Shown here: piece by piece, positions 40,863 to 51,299 of the stretch
Layout of the letters: the number at the start of each line of letters is the position of its first letter
How positions within the stretch are numbered: the first letter of the stretch is position 1
NCBI GenBank assembly: GCA_937998305.1
Contig: CALLDL010000120.1
Location: forward strand, 6,554-70,553
Direction: 5' to 3'
From: an uncultured Desulfobacterales bacterium
Lineage (GTDB): Bacteria; Desulfobacterota; Desulfobacteria; Desulfobacterales; UBA11574
DNA: 64,000 nucleotides
Position numbers and translations under genes: made by a program
The notes under the pieces: model-generated
What the model saw: the letters and a program-made list of their open reading frames with translations, nothing else
Told to the model about the DNA's origin: nothing
The model's database searches: none

Positions 40863-41265
40863 GTTCAATCTTTATACATTTGTTCATGACGACATCGATG
40901 CCCGCTTTTACTAAAAGCGATGCCGCTTTTTGATTTTCGATACCAAGCTGCATCCAAAAAACCTTGGGTTGCATCCGTATCGCCTCGTGCGCATGGGGTA
41001 ACATCTGTTTAGAATTTCTAAATACATCCACAATATCCACGTTTTTCTTGATATCATCGAGGGTGGTATAAGCGCTTTGTCCCAAGATCTCTTCTTGGCC
41101 GGGCCTGACCGGAATGATTCTATATCCATGAGCTTTCATATATCTGGCGACCCTATTGGAATCCCTTTCGGGTTTAGGGCTTAGGCCGAGGATTGCGATG
41201 GTCTTGGCATTTTCAAGTATATCTTTTATTTCGCTGTCTTCGCTAATTATTTTGCCTGATTTCAT
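40831..41265 (-). CDS. CoA-binding protein (YccU family)
   Basis: IAILGLSPKPERDS, VDIVDVFR, WMQLGI, VVMNKCIKIEH. Confidence 0.92.
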   Translation of the reverse strand: MKSGKIISEDSEIKDILENAKTIAILGLSPKPERDSNRVARYMKAHGYRIIPVRPGQEEILGQSAYTTLDDIKKNVDIVDVFRNSKQMLPHAHEAIRMQPKVFWMQLGIENQKAASLLVKAGIDVVMNKCIKIEHDRLCKKNIL

Positions 41266-41426
41266 GTGATGACTCCTTAAGCGGCCTTGCTGTCTTATGG
41301 AATTAATGATAGGAATAAAAGCTTAACAATTTTTTAAATCGAAATTAATGCAACAGTGTATTCTTGTCAACCACTAGCAATCTTTAAAGATATATGGGAT
41401 GAATATCATCTGCAAACTGAATCCAT

Positions 41427-44105
41427 ATGAAAAATGATAGAACATTATATTTGATAGACGGAAGTGCATATATTTATCGTGCCTATCATGCCATAAGGAG
41501 TTTGGCCAATTCAAAAGGTTTCCCCACTAACGCAGCATTCGGATTCACTCGAATGCTAATCAAACTCATAGAGGATCGATCTCCTGAATATGTGGTCATG
41601 TTCTTTGATGCCAAGGGGCCGACCTTCAGGCATGAAATCTACCAGGAATACAAGGCGAATCGACCTCCCATGCCCGAGGATTTGTCGATTCAGATTCCTT
41701 ATATAAAGGAAATAACCCATGGATTCAACATACCGGTTATTGAAATGCAGGGTTTTGAGGCCGATGATCTTATCGGCACTTTCAGATATCAGGCTGAAAA
41801 AGCCGGGTTCTTTGTTGTAATGGTTACCGGGGACAAAGATTTTGTTCAGCTCGTCACAGACAATGCCGTCATCTGGGATCCCATGAAAGAAAAAACCATT
41901 GATATCAAAACGGTTAGAGACGATTTTGGTGTTGAACCTTACCAGATGATAGATGTAATGGCGCTTTCAGGTGATGCGTCAGACAATGTGCCCGGTGTTC
42001 CCGGTATTGGGCCCAAAACAGCCCTGTCTTTAATCAAAACTTTTGGAACCGTGGAACGTCTTTATGAACGCGTTCATACGATTACAAAGAAAAAACAGCA
42101 TGAAAACCTAGTTCAGTACAAAGAACAGGCTTTTATGAGCAAAGAACTGGTTAAAATCAATATTGATGTACCGTTTCCATTTAATCCTGAAAATTTCAAT
42201 TATAAAACACCGGATAACACCAGGCTGTCAAAACTTTTTAAAAATCTGGAATTTAGACAATTGCAGCAAGCTTTTCCCAAACGATCCGATCTTTCAAATA
42301 AAAATTACCGTGCGATATATGATATGTCGGTGCTGTTTGATCTGATTGAGCGACTTAAAAAAGCTGAAACATTCGCTATCGATACCGAAACCACCTCAAA
42401 AGATCCTATGAAAGCAAATCTTGTGGGGTTGTCGTTTTCAATGGAGCCTGACGAAGCTTTTTACATCCCGTGTGCCCACGATTATCCAGAGGCCCCGGAA
42501 CAGCTTGAGCTTAAAAAAGTATTAAGCCAATTGAAACCCGTGCTTGAAAATCCGGATGTAAAAAAAATTGGGCAGAATATAAAATATGACTGGATGGTGC
42601 TTAAACGTCATGGGATAAACCTGGCCGGCGTGATTTTTGACACCATGCTGGCGTCCTATCTGATTAACCCTTCAAAACGGGCCCACAACCTGGACCAGAT
42701 CGCTATCGATTTTCTGGATCACAAAACGACGACGTACAAGGAGATTTCAGGTAAGGGGAAAAAAGATGTGAGTTTTTCCGAAATTTCCCTGGAAAAGGCG
42801 GTGCCATATTCCTGTGAAGATGCAGATATTACGTTGATGGCCTATCATGTTCTAATGCCTTTGATAGACAGAGCGGGCCTGATGGAACTGTATAATAACG
42901 TTGAGTTACCCCTTGTACCGGTTTTAATGAACATGGAAATGACAGGGGTTTGTGTTGAAAAAGAAAAGCTCGTGGATCTTTCTAAATCTTTTGAAAACCA
43001 GCTTGAACAGCTTGAAAGCATGATTTATTTAATTGCTGGAGAAGAATTTAATATCAGATCGTCCCAGCAGCTGGGGAGGATACTATTTGAAAAACTCAAG
43101 CTGCCGGTTCAAAAAAAGACCAGAAAAAAAACAGGATATTCAACAGATGTTAACGTGCTGACAGCCCTTTCAGACAAGCATGAACTTCCGGAGCTTATTT
43201 TAAGACACAGAACCCTTGCCAAGTTGAAATCAACCTATACGGATGCCCTGGTTGATCTTATTCATCCGGAAACCGATAGGATTCATACATCCTACAATCA
43301 AACGGTTACCGCTACCGGAAGACTGAGCAGTTCTGCCCCGAACCTTCAAAATATACCCATCAGGACAGATGAGGGCATGGAAATTCGTAAAGCATTTGTT
43401 CCCAGGAAAGAATGGATAATGGTTTCAGCTGATTATTCTCAGATAGAACTCCGCATTCTGGCCCATTATTCCGATGATGATATTCTGATAAAGGCATTTA
43501 AAAATGATGAGGATATTCACACCCGCACCGCGACCGAAGTATTTCAGGTTTTTCCCTCATTTGTTACTTCCGAACTGAGACGACAGGCCAAGGTGATTAA
43601 CTTCGGTATTGTGTATGGTATGAGCCCTTACGGGCTTTCCAAAGAGCTGGGCATCAGTCGAAAAATGGCCAAAACTTATATAGATAATTATTTTGCCAGA
43701 TATAAAGGTGTCAAAAGATTTGTTGATCAAACCATCAGCGATGCCAGAAAAACCAAAAAAACGAGTACCCTCTTGGGCCGCATCAGGCTGCTGCCGGATA
43801 TCAATAGTCCCAATAAAGTTGTACGGGAATTTGCAGAACGTACGGCCATCAACACACCCGTCCAGGGAACTGCCGCTGATCTCATTAAGCTGGCCATGAT
43901 CCGTGTGGATGCCGCATTCAAAGAAGGCAGTCTAAACAGCGCAATGCTTCTTTCGGTACATGACGAAATCGTTTTTGAAGTTCCCCCTGAGGAGCTTGCG
44001 TCCGTCAAGGTCCTTGTCAAAGAAATCATGGAAGGGATTTGGAATCTAAAGGTGCCTCTGAAGGTCAATCTGTCATCGGGCAAGAACTGGGCTGAGGCCC
44101 ATTAA
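41427..44105 (+). CDS. polA: DNA polymerase I
   Basis: LIDGSAYIYRAYHA, DTETT, TGRLSSSAPNLQNIP, ADYSQIELR, KVINFGIVYG, VHDE. Confidence 0.98.
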   Translation: MKNDRTLYLIDGSAYIYRAYHAIRSLANSKGFPTNAAFGFTRMLIKLIEDRSPEYVVMFFDAKGPTFRHEIYQEYKANRPPMPEDLSIQIPYIKEITHGFNIPVIEMQGFEADDLIGTFRYQAEKAGFFVVMVTGDKDFVQLVTDNAVIWDPMKEKTIDIKTVRDDFGVEPYQMIDVMALSGDASDNVPGVPGIGPKTALSLIKTFGTVERLYERVHTITKKKQHENLVQYKEQAFMSKELVKINIDVPFPFNPENFNYKTPDNTRLSKLFKNLEFRQLQQAFPKRSDLSNKNYRAIYDMSVLFDLIERLKKAETFAIDTETTSKDPMKANLVGLSFSMEPDEAFYIPCAHDYPEAPEQLELKKVLSQLKPVLENPDVKKIGQNIKYDWMVLKRHGINLAGVIFDTMLASYLINPSKRAHNLDQIAIDFLDHKTTTYKEISGKGKKDVSFSEISLEKAVPYSCEDADITLMAYHVLMPLIDRAGLMELYNNVELPLVPVLMNMEMTGVCVEKEKLVDLSKSFENQLEQLESMIYLIAGEEFNIRSSQQLGRILFEKLKLPVQKKTRKKTGYSTDVNVLTALSDKHELPELILRHRTLAKLKSTYTDALVDLIHPETDRIHTSYNQTVTATGRLSSSAPNLQNIPIRTDEGMEIRKAFVPRKEWIMVSADYSQIELRILAHYSDDDILIKAFKNDEDIHTRTATEVFQVFPSFVTSELRRQAKVINFGIVYGMSPYGLSKELGISRKMAKTYIDNYFARYKGVKRFVDQTISDARKTKKTSTLLGRIRLLPDINSPNKVVREFAERTAINTPVQGTAADLIKLAMIRVDAAFKEGSLNSAMLLSVHDEIVFEVPPEELASVKVLVKEIMEGIWNLKVPLKVNLSSGKNWAEAH

Positions 44106-44157
44106 CCTGAATTTCTCATGAAGAATTTATCTAATCTTAGAACAACGTTAACACTCG

Positions 44158-44334
44158 CTATTCAGATTGTTCAGCATCCTTATCTTCTTGAAAACCTTTT
44201 ACAGTTTCTTCAACCGTTTTGTAAACAGCCTTGAATGTTTCTTGAAAACCAGCCGGTCCCACTCTGCCCGTTTCAATAAATTTTACGACGATTTCTTTGG
44301 TTGATCTGAGAATCAGTTCATCAATTGAGCTCAT
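44158..44334 (-). CDS. Small conserved-looking hypothetical protein
   Basis: KEIVVKFIETGRVGPAGFQETFKAVY; ATG follows AAGGTG. Confidence 0.7.
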   Translation of the reverse strand: MSSIDELILRSTKEIVVKFIETGRVGPAGFQETFKAVYKTVEETVKGFQEDKDAEQSE

Positions 44335-44517
44335 TTTTGACACCTTTGCTTTATTTATAATAATTTTAATTTGTTATCAAAACTAAAGATTCGTGTCAAG
44401 ATCCCTGCAAAGTTCGATAGGGTCTGCATAAAAAAATCAGGCGGTTTGTTTGACAGAAAAGGTTTTCTTCATTATTATAGCATTTCTCGAAAAATCGTAA
44501 GACTATTTTAAATTAAA

Positions 44518-44946
44518 ATGTCATGGAGCATTAAAAAAGTGTCGGCATCATTAGAAAAGGAAATAAAATATACCATTGAAAGTCCGGATATTGTAAAGAC
44601 TGACGTGCTTGTTCCAATGGAATATCAATATCAAAACCAAAGGGACATTGATATTGTCATTCAACAACCTGAGTATACCTCTGTATGCCCAATGACCGGA
44701 TTGCCGGATGTAGGATGTATAACGATAACCTACCGGCCGTATAACAAAATCGTTGAATTGAAATCTTTGAAATTTTATCTGCTGCAATATAGAAACGTGG
44801 GTATTTTCTATGAACATGTGGTCAACCGGATCCTTGAAGATCTTGTCGCTGTACTGGAGCCCAAATACATTGAAGTTACAGGAGATTTTACGGCAAGAGG
44901 GGGTATTACGACCAAAGTTACAGCCGTGTTCAAAGGGAAAAAATAA
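44518..44946 (+). CDS. queF: PreQ1 synthase (7-cyano-7-deazaguanine reductase)
   Basis: PEYTSVCPMTGLPD, VELKSLKFYL, FYE, RGGI. Confidence 0.95.
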   Translation: MSWSIKKVSASLEKEIKYTIESPDIVKTDVLVPMEYQYQNQRDIDIVIQQPEYTSVCPMTGLPDVGCITITYRPYNKIVELKSLKFYLLQYRNVGIFYEHVVNRILEDLVAVLEPKYIEVTGDFTARGGITTKVTAVFKGKK

Positions 44947-45905
44947 TGTTTCAAAGATTTAAATCCTTTGCCGTAAAGATTCATCCGGTCGTCGGTATGT
45001 TGTTTTTGCTGCTATGTTTAGTTTCGATTACAGGATGTTCCACCGTTGCTTCGATTGAGAAATCAACCAAGAGAATGGTCAGAGATTTTAGGGCTCCAGA
45101 TAATGATTTGAAAAAAAGGGTTGGAATACTGTTATTTGAAAATAAAACGATTCTTGCTAACAAAGATGTAGAAGAGAAGTTTATAAGAGATCTATCTGAA
45201 ACCATTGCATCTTCTTGCCCGAACATTCTTTTGGAAAAGCCGGGCGATTTCGGCTATCCTGACGATTTGGAAAGGGTGCCAAGGACAAGATCCGGATGGA
45301 TCGACAACTTGGCCCTGGCCAAGACCGGTCGGCAGCTTGGTCTGAATGCCATTGTAACCGGCGCTTTAATAACCATCACACCGAACAAAAAAAAGCAGGG
45401 TGTCTTGTGGTTAAAAGATACCCATTATTTTGTCCAAGTGCGAATTGCCACGGAAGTTTACGATACTGAAACCGGTGCAAAATTACTGGATGAAAGTTTT
45501 GTTCACGATATAGAAGTTGATGAAATGGATCTGGAATCAATCAATGCCGACGGTGAAATGAATGCATTAATAGTGGATGAGGCGTTTGGGACCATTGCAG
45601 ACAAAATGGGCGAAAAGGTTTGTAATGCCATCGTTTTTCAACCCTGGAAAGGGTTTATCGCTTCAATTGACTCAGACAAAATTTTTTTAAATTTCGGGGA
45701 AAACATTGGCCTAAAAATCGGTGATTTGTTTGAAGTCTTTGATAGCAGCAGTATATTCGAAGGGCTGGAAGGGCACCGATTCTTTAAACCAGGCCTTAAG
45801 ACCGGTGAAATCAAAATCACTGCGGTATATCCTGACACTGCTGAAGCGATTCTTGTTTCAGGTCATGATATACGACCGGGATTTTGTGTTCAGCCAAAGG
45901 AATAA
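44946..45905 (+). CDS. Lipoprotein, CsgG/FlgT-like
   Basis: Lipobox ITGC; RVGILLFENKT; C-terminal NFGENIGLKIGDLFEVF FlgT-C-like segment. Confidence 0.6.
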   Translation: MFQRFKSFAVKIHPVVGMLFLLLCLVSITGCSTVASIEKSTKRMVRDFRAPDNDLKKRVGILLFENKTILANKDVEEKFIRDLSETIASSCPNILLEKPGDFGYPDDLERVPRTRSGWIDNLALAKTGRQLGLNAIVTGALITITPNKKKQGVLWLKDTHYFVQVRIATEVYDTETGAKLLDESFVHDIEVDEMDLESINADGEMNALIVDEAFGTIADKMGEKVCNAIVFQPWKGFIASIDSDKIFLNFGENIGLKIGDLFEVFDSSSIFEGLEGHRFFKPGLKTGEIKITAVYPDTAEAILVSGHDIRPGFCVQPKE

Positions 45906-45956
45906 AAAAAATTTATTTCGGCCCGCTACTTCAAAGGCTTATCAACTTAAAAGGAA

Positions 45957-48269
45957 TTATAATTTTTCTATGTGTTCGTAGAGTAGGGAGTGGGTACAGA
46001 CTTCATAGTATTTTTTATCTGTCTTTCGAATGATGCTAAAATCGTGAGGGGAAATAACAGATATTCGATCTTCTCGTATAATTAATCTGTGGTACTTGCC
46101 GGTTACCGTTGGAAACTTTCCTGTGTGAACTCTAATCTTCTCCGCTTGTAACTCCGGGATGTGACACTCTAATGGCTTTAGGTCGATTTCTTGTGATAGT
46201 TTTTCAAAACCCTCGGCATTCAATTCAATACCGTTAACATTATGGCGCAACAATATATCATCTGTCGGTGTGGCGGTGCTATTTTCTGATGCTTTTTGAA
46301 AGACATATAGATTAAACGGGTTTTTTAGGTTTGAGATTGCTTGAGATAATGGTTTCGTACATTTGGACATTCGATCCGCCGCATTAATAGCAGGTGAGAT
46401 CATGATGCGGTTACTTTCATCAAAGAGAAATGTCGGAGGGCTGTTATTATAACTTATTCCGATGCCCAGTTCGAGTACCGGAAGTTTATGTTTTTCGCTT
46501 TTTGAGTTATATTTCTGTACAATCTGAAGTGTTTTCCTTGCTATGCCACAAGCCCGTGCGACACAATACCATTCTTCAGGTGTATCTTCATGTTCAGATA
46601 TTGCCAGGATAATTGCATCACCTTCGAGGAATACCTTTTCGGCCGAATAATCAAATAAAATACTGGTAATGGGAACAAAAAAATTAAGACTGAAAAAGGA
46701 TGCCGGGTTTAATCCTTTTTCTTTCATTTTAAGCGTAATATGTGTGGAATCACGCAGGTCCGCCTTGATAATCACATGATGCATGATCGGTTTTTCTTCT
46801 GGTGGCTGTTCGTCGGGCAGTAAAAATTCATACAGAATATTATTTTCACGTGAAAGGTCGATGATCTTTTGTTCCGATACCAGATTAATGCTGTCCATGG
46901 CGCCTTTGAGCATCAAATAATTTTGAAAATCTCTGTGATAACGGGCAAAGTCATTTATAAATTGAATTAAATACTTTTTTTTCTCTCGAACGGTAATTTT
47001 TCTCAGATCTGCAATCTTTTTTTTCAAAAGTACAAGGGAGAAAGATTTACCATAAAATCCTTTTACACGAGAAAGTTGACTTGCGATATTCTTCCTTTGT
47101 TTGGGTTGAATCAGAAACTGTAAAACCTGATGAGGTACCAAAGGCGGACAATACTCAAGATAGACAGGTTTCATTTCATAAAAAGCGGTAATCCTTTTCA
47201 TAAGGCCGGTCTTGTTAAATTTTTTATAGAAAAAATTTAACAGTCTTTCTTGGTTTTTGGCCAGTTTCTTGAGATTTTCGATGTCCTTTCGAGCCTTTTT
47301 TTGTTTTTTTAGTGATTGATAACGCTCCCTGGATTTAAAGCTGTTAAATAACAAATCGATATTATCAACATGATTTAACCATATATCTATGGTGTCATAG
47401 CGGGTATCCTGATAATATTTTTCAGATTTACCATACGCCTTTTGGGTAATTATTGCTTGATTTATAGATCCGCCCGCAACAGATGAATCAGTTAAAAAAA
47501 TTTTTAAAAGAATTTTTCTTAATAGACTTCTGATTAAAGACAACAAATTTTCATAACTATCCGGATCCTCAAAACGGTGGCCGATCAATACGTATTCATC
47601 CATCATAAATAGATCTTCAAATGGGTTCTCTGCATGGATGATGGGATTGGAAAAGACATCATCAGGAAGAATTGTCTCGGGTCCCAGGATCGACTCGCGC
47701 ATCTCTGTTATGTTTTCGTGTTGAACTTCTATCAGATACTGAAACAGCTCTGCAGCAACGTTAAGTAAAATGGATTTCTTATTCTGCTGTATCTCGGATA
47801 GTTTCTCTTTTATTTTGATATAGCTGTTTAACCCTTCGCTGGACGCGATTTCATGTCTTTGAGCATTATCATTAAAGTTTTCAATCAATGCGTTGTATTG
47901 GCATGGAATGTCTTGGGCTAATTTTTTGACAATGGTTATCTGGGCCAATAGATCGATTTGGATTTCTGAAGCAGACTTTGCCTGATTGACAGCCGTATGC
48001 AATACATCGCGGCAAAGATGTTTGAACTCGTCTCGTTCAGTGGCCAAACTCGATGTGGGGTCGATAGTCAATATTTTTTGGGCTTTGGCATGTTTTAAAA
48101 AAAGTTGGTAAACTAATTTGCTGATTGATTTACAAAAATCCGGACTTAATAGAACATCATGACGGATATTGTCCACACCCGGAGTCAGTCGGTCCAATGG
48201 GAATCTTACCGAATAAGCTTTGAGAGGAAGTCCTATAAGATCTGAAAAATTTGAAAACAATGTAAACAT
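45957..48269 (-). CDS. Large soluble protein with a C-terminal class III nucleotide-cyclase-like domain
   Basis: IIKADLRDST, FLEGDAIIL, LGIGIS, PAINAADRMS. Confidence 0.65.
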   Translation of the reverse strand: MFTLFSNFSDLIGLPLKAYSVRFPLDRLTPGVDNIRHDVLLSPDFCKSISKLVYQLFLKHAKAQKILTIDPTSSLATERDEFKHLCRDVLHTAVNQAKSASEIQIDLLAQITIVKKLAQDIPCQYNALIENFNDNAQRHEIASSEGLNSYIKIKEKLSEIQQNKKSILLNVAAELFQYLIEVQHENITEMRESILGPETILPDDVFSNPIIHAENPFEDLFMMDEYVLIGHRFEDPDSYENLLSLIRSLLRKILLKIFLTDSSVAGGSINQAIITQKAYGKSEKYYQDTRYDTIDIWLNHVDNIDLLFNSFKSRERYQSLKKQKKARKDIENLKKLAKNQERLLNFFYKKFNKTGLMKRITAFYEMKPVYLEYCPPLVPHQVLQFLIQPKQRKNIASQLSRVKGFYGKSFSLVLLKKKIADLRKITVREKKKYLIQFINDFARYHRDFQNYLMLKGAMDSINLVSEQKIIDLSRENNILYEFLLPDEQPPEEKPIMHHVIIKADLRDSTHITLKMKEKGLNPASFFSLNFFVPITSILFDYSAEKVFLEGDAIILAISEHEDTPEEWYCVARACGIARKTLQIVQKYNSKSEKHKLPVLELGIGISYNNSPPTFLFDESNRIMISPAINAADRMSKCTKPLSQAISNLKNPFNLYVFQKASENSTATPTDDILLRHNVNGIELNAEGFEKLSQEIDLKPLECHIPELQAEKIRVHTGKFPTVTGKYHRLIIREDRISVISPHDFSIIRKTDKKYYEVCTHSLLYEHIEKL

Positions 48270-48585
48270 TATCTTAAATTTATGCGTCGTTTTGTAAAAT
48301 ATAAACTTTTAATAAAGAATTTAGATCCAATATTGTTATTCTGGCTCTGATTTGAATGCCAGATATTTTTTTTAACGTTGTGATTATATCATGAAAATTC
48401 ATATTTCTCAAGATTTACACATTTCTTAAAAACATTATCGACATTAGATATTATTGCCTTAAGTGGTATTAATTCTCCCTGATACGGAATATGAGATGAT
48501 GTTTTACAAGGAATGGGTATTATGATAAAAATATCCTGATCCTTAAGCTATATTTAATAATTTGCTTTTAATAAGGAGGTCCCAA

Positions 48586-49269
48586 ATGACACTAAAAATA
48601 ACGTGGTATGGACATGCATGTTTTTTAATTGAAGCAGGTAAAACAAAGCTGCTGACCGATCCCTTTATTACCGGCAACCCCTTGTCTCCAGTCCAAGCAG
48701 ATGAGGTTGAGGCGGATTATATCCTTGTTTCACACGGACACGGGGATCATTTAGGGGATACTCTGGACATTGCAGCAAGAACCGGAGCGACCGTGATTTC
48801 AAACTATGAAATTCAAAACTGGGTCGTAAATCAGGGATTCGAAAATGTTCATCCGCAGCATATCGGCGGCGGCTTTGATTACCCTTGGGGTCGTGTTAAA
48901 TTGACGATTGCCCAGCACGGATCAGCGCTTCCGGATGGCACCTACGGCGGTAATCCTTGTGGCTTTCTGTTTTACATCCATGGGAAAAAGATTTATCATG
49001 CCTGCGATACAGGCCTTTTTTACGATATGAAGCTTATCGGCGAAGAGGGAATCGATTTAGCGATTTTACCCATTGGTGATAACTTTACCATGGGACCGGA
49101 TGATGCCTTGCGAGCGGTAAAACTGATTGAACCGACACACGTCATTCCGATTCACTATAACACATTTGATGTGATCAAACAGGATCCGCATGCTTGGGCC
49201 GATAAAGTGAAAGAAGAAACCTCGGCCAAAGTAACGGTAATGAAACCAGGAGACGTTCTTGAGCTTTAG
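48586..49269 (+). CDS. UPF0173 metallo-beta-lactamase-fold hydrolase
   Basis: WYGHAC, SHGHGDHLGD, YHACDT, LPIGDNFTMG, IPIHYNTF. Confidence 0.9.
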   Translation: MTLKITWYGHACFLIEAGKTKLLTDPFITGNPLSPVQADEVEADYILVSHGHGDHLGDTLDIAARTGATVISNYEIQNWVVNQGFENVHPQHIGGGFDYPWGRVKLTIAQHGSALPDGTYGGNPCGFLFYIHGKKIYHACDTGLFYDMKLIGEEGIDLAILPIGDNFTMGPDDALRAVKLIEPTHVIPIHYNTFDVIKQDPHAWADKVKEETSAKVTVMKPGDVLEL

Positions 49270-49396
49270 CTTTTATCACTTTAGAATCCAATTCGGCGAT
49301 ATTCGTTATTGTTTGTTTAAGATCATATGATGCGTATTTTAGGTGAGTTAGAGTCAGCAATAATTTGTTCATTGACTTTAAAGAATTTGTAATATT

Positions 49397-50203
49397 ATGC
49401 CGCAAAGAGATTATTATCAGATATTGGGTGTGAAAAAAGATGCCGGACCGAAAGAAATCAAGGAGGCCTACCGGCAGTTGGCCTTTAAATACCATCCAGA
49501 CCGAAATAAAGAGAATCCGGAATCTTCTGAAGAAATGAAATCTGTTAATGAAGCCTACGCTGTCCTTTCGGATACGGCGAAAAGACATGAATACGATATT
49601 TTGAGGCAGCGGTTTGGGTCCTCTGCTCATCACCAGTTTAGAAGCAACTACTCTGAACAGGATATTTTCAGTGGCTCAGATATCAACCATGTTTTTGAAG
49701 AAATGGCAAAGGCATTTGGATTCAGGGGGGTTGATGATATTTTCAGGGAATTTTACGGGAAGGAATACCGAACATTTCAGTTTAAACGTCCCGGCATTTT
49801 TGCCGGAGGATTTATATTTACCGGTCCCCTTAAAAGAGGCGAATACGGTCAATCCGTGTTACCCCGGTCGGGCAAACTTGGAAAACTCTCCAGATTTTTG
49901 TTAAAACAAATCAGTGGGTTCCAAATGGCAAAAAACGGTAAGGATGTGGATGACGTCATTCGCTTGACCCCCGAGCAGGCACTGAAGGGAGGTCCTTATG
50001 CATATTTTTTGCGAAAAAAATCCAAGAAACTGGTGGTGAAGATCCCACCGGGAGTCCGTGAAGGGCAGCGAATACGGCTTGCGGGAATGGGGGAAGACGG
50101 GAAAGGTGGGGGAACGTCCGGAGATCTTTATCTAAAAATTCAGATCAAAAGACCTCTCATTCAGAAAATAAAAAAATCGATTACCGATCTTCGCAAAAGG
50201 TGA
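49397..50203 (+). CDS. DnaJ-domain protein with a single DnaJ C-terminal subdomain
   Basis: [38 protein letters not shown]. Confidence 0.88.
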   Translation: MPQRDYYQILGVKKDAGPKEIKEAYRQLAFKYHPDRNKENPESSEEMKSVNEAYAVLSDTAKRHEYDILRQRFGSSAHHQFRSNYSEQDIFSGSDINHVFEEMAKAFGFRGVDDIFREFYGKEYRTFQFKRPGIFAGGFIFTGPLKRGEYGQSVLPRSGKLGKLSRFLLKQISGFQMAKNGKDVDDVIRLTPEQALKGGPYAYFLRKKSKKLVVKIPPGVREGQRIRLAGMGEDGKGGGTSGDLYLKIQIKRPLIQKIKKSITDLRKR

Positions 50204-50241
50204 ATAGTGCATTAGCGTAAGGTGCCAGAACAAACTATTCT

Positions 50242-50820
50242 TCAGACGACCCCTTTTAAACCGATTTCTTCGGCAACTTCCCGCATGCCCATAATTGTAT
50301 CCGTAATCAGTTCTGTCCGTTCCATACCCAGCATTTGGGCACCCTTATCAATGATAGATCGATCGACGCCGGCGGCAAAACGTTGATCCTTCCATTTCTT
50401 TTTTACGGATTTGGCTTTTAAATCCATAACACTTTTTGAAGGGCGCACCAAGGCTGTTGTTACCACCAGACCGGTAAGTTCATCGATGGCATAAAGCACC
50501 TTTTCGAGTTCTGTTTTCGGCTCAACATCCGAGCAAATCCCCCATCCGTGACTGACCACCGCACGGATGTATTCTTGGGGCCAGTTATTTTCCTTTAAAA
50601 TCTCCTCGGTTTTGCGACAGTGTTCTTCTGGAAACTGCTCATAATCGAGGTCATGAATCAGGCCGATAATTCCCCATTTTTCTTCGTCTTCTCCTCGTTT
50701 TCGGGCAAAATAGCACATCACACCCTCCACGGCCAGCGCGTGTTTAATAAGGTTTTCATTTTTATTATATATTTTTAGAAGGTTAAGGGCCTGTTCACGG
50801 GTTGGAATATTTGGATTCAT
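50242..50820 (-). CDS. HD/HDIG-domain hydrolase
   Basis: KHALAVE, GLIHDLDYE, AIDELTGL, KKKWKD..FAAGVDR. Confidence 0.88.
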   Translation of the reverse strand: MNPNIPTREQALNLLKIYNKNENLIKHALAVEGVMCYFARKRGEDEEKWGIIGLIHDLDYEQFPEEHCRKTEEILKENNWPQEYIRAVVSHGWGICSDVEPKTELEKVLYAIDELTGLVVTTALVRPSKSVMDLKAKSVKKKWKDQRFAAGVDRSIIDKGAQMLGMERTELITDTIMGMREVAEEIGLKGVV

Positions 50821-50913
50821 TTTTTATCTCCTATGGTAAGGGTGTCAAACTGCATTGCCAGGAACTATACTCATGAATTTGTTTTATTGTAAATACCGAT
50901 ATAGAAAAACCTC

Positions 50914-50942
50914 TTGACAGGCGCTAGCATATCCTTTAGAAA
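50914..50942 (+). promoter_or_regulatory. Sigma-70-type promoter for the riboswitch leader
   Basis: TTGACA-17 nt-TAGAAA directly upstream of the aptamer. Confidence 0.5.
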
Positions 50943-50944
50943 AT

Positions 50945-51125
50945 TTGGCAAGGTGCCTGTTAAAGGCTTAATAGGGAATCCCGTGAGAATCGGGAGCGGT
51001 CCCGCCGCTGTAATCCTGCCCCTTTTTCATAAAGGGAACCTTTTTAGCAAATATGTGTCACTTTTCCGATAAATTGGAATGGGAAGGCCGCTAAAAGGGC
51101 GGGAAAGTCAGAAGACCTGCCTGAA
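50945..51125 (+). ncRNA. Cobalamin riboswitch
   Basis: AGGTGC..AATAGGGAATCCCGTGAGAATCGGGAGCGGTCCCGCCGCTGTAA..CACT..GGGAAGGC..AGTCAGAAGACCTGCCT (B12 box). Confidence 0.92.
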
Positions 51126-51198
51126 CAATATAGACACACCTCCGCGGCATGACGGGGTGATGTGGCTTCAGAAAAATAGGGTCAAGTAAACTGGGTGC

Positions 51199-51238
51199 AG
51201 CCCTTCAATCTTTTGTTATGAGATTGAAGGGCTTTTTT
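51199..51238 (+). terminator. Riboswitch attenuator terminator
   Basis: AGCCCTTCAATCT-N9-AGATTGAAGGGCT followed by a T-run, between the aptamer and the ORF. Confidence 0.8.
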
Positions 51239-51299
51239 ATTTGTATGTATAAGGCATCTTCGGCGGGGCTGAAAAAAATAGTGAAAGGAGGTGAGAGCA

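Noticed and set aside
44400-44517. preQ1 riboswitch upstream of queF
   Set aside because: No recognisable preQ1 aptamer stem or conserved loop; only a sigma-70-like TTGACA-17-TATTAT.
45957-49269. Pycsar-type defence system (cyclase plus MBL hydrolase)
   Set aside because: No cyclic-nucleotide-binding effector gene is adjacent, the MBL gene is divergent and of the housekeeping UPF0173 type, and the context is not a defence island.
49270-49396. CIRCE element upstream of the dnaJ-like genes (also 60240-60387)
   Set aside because: No TTAGCACTC-N9-GAGTGCTAA match.
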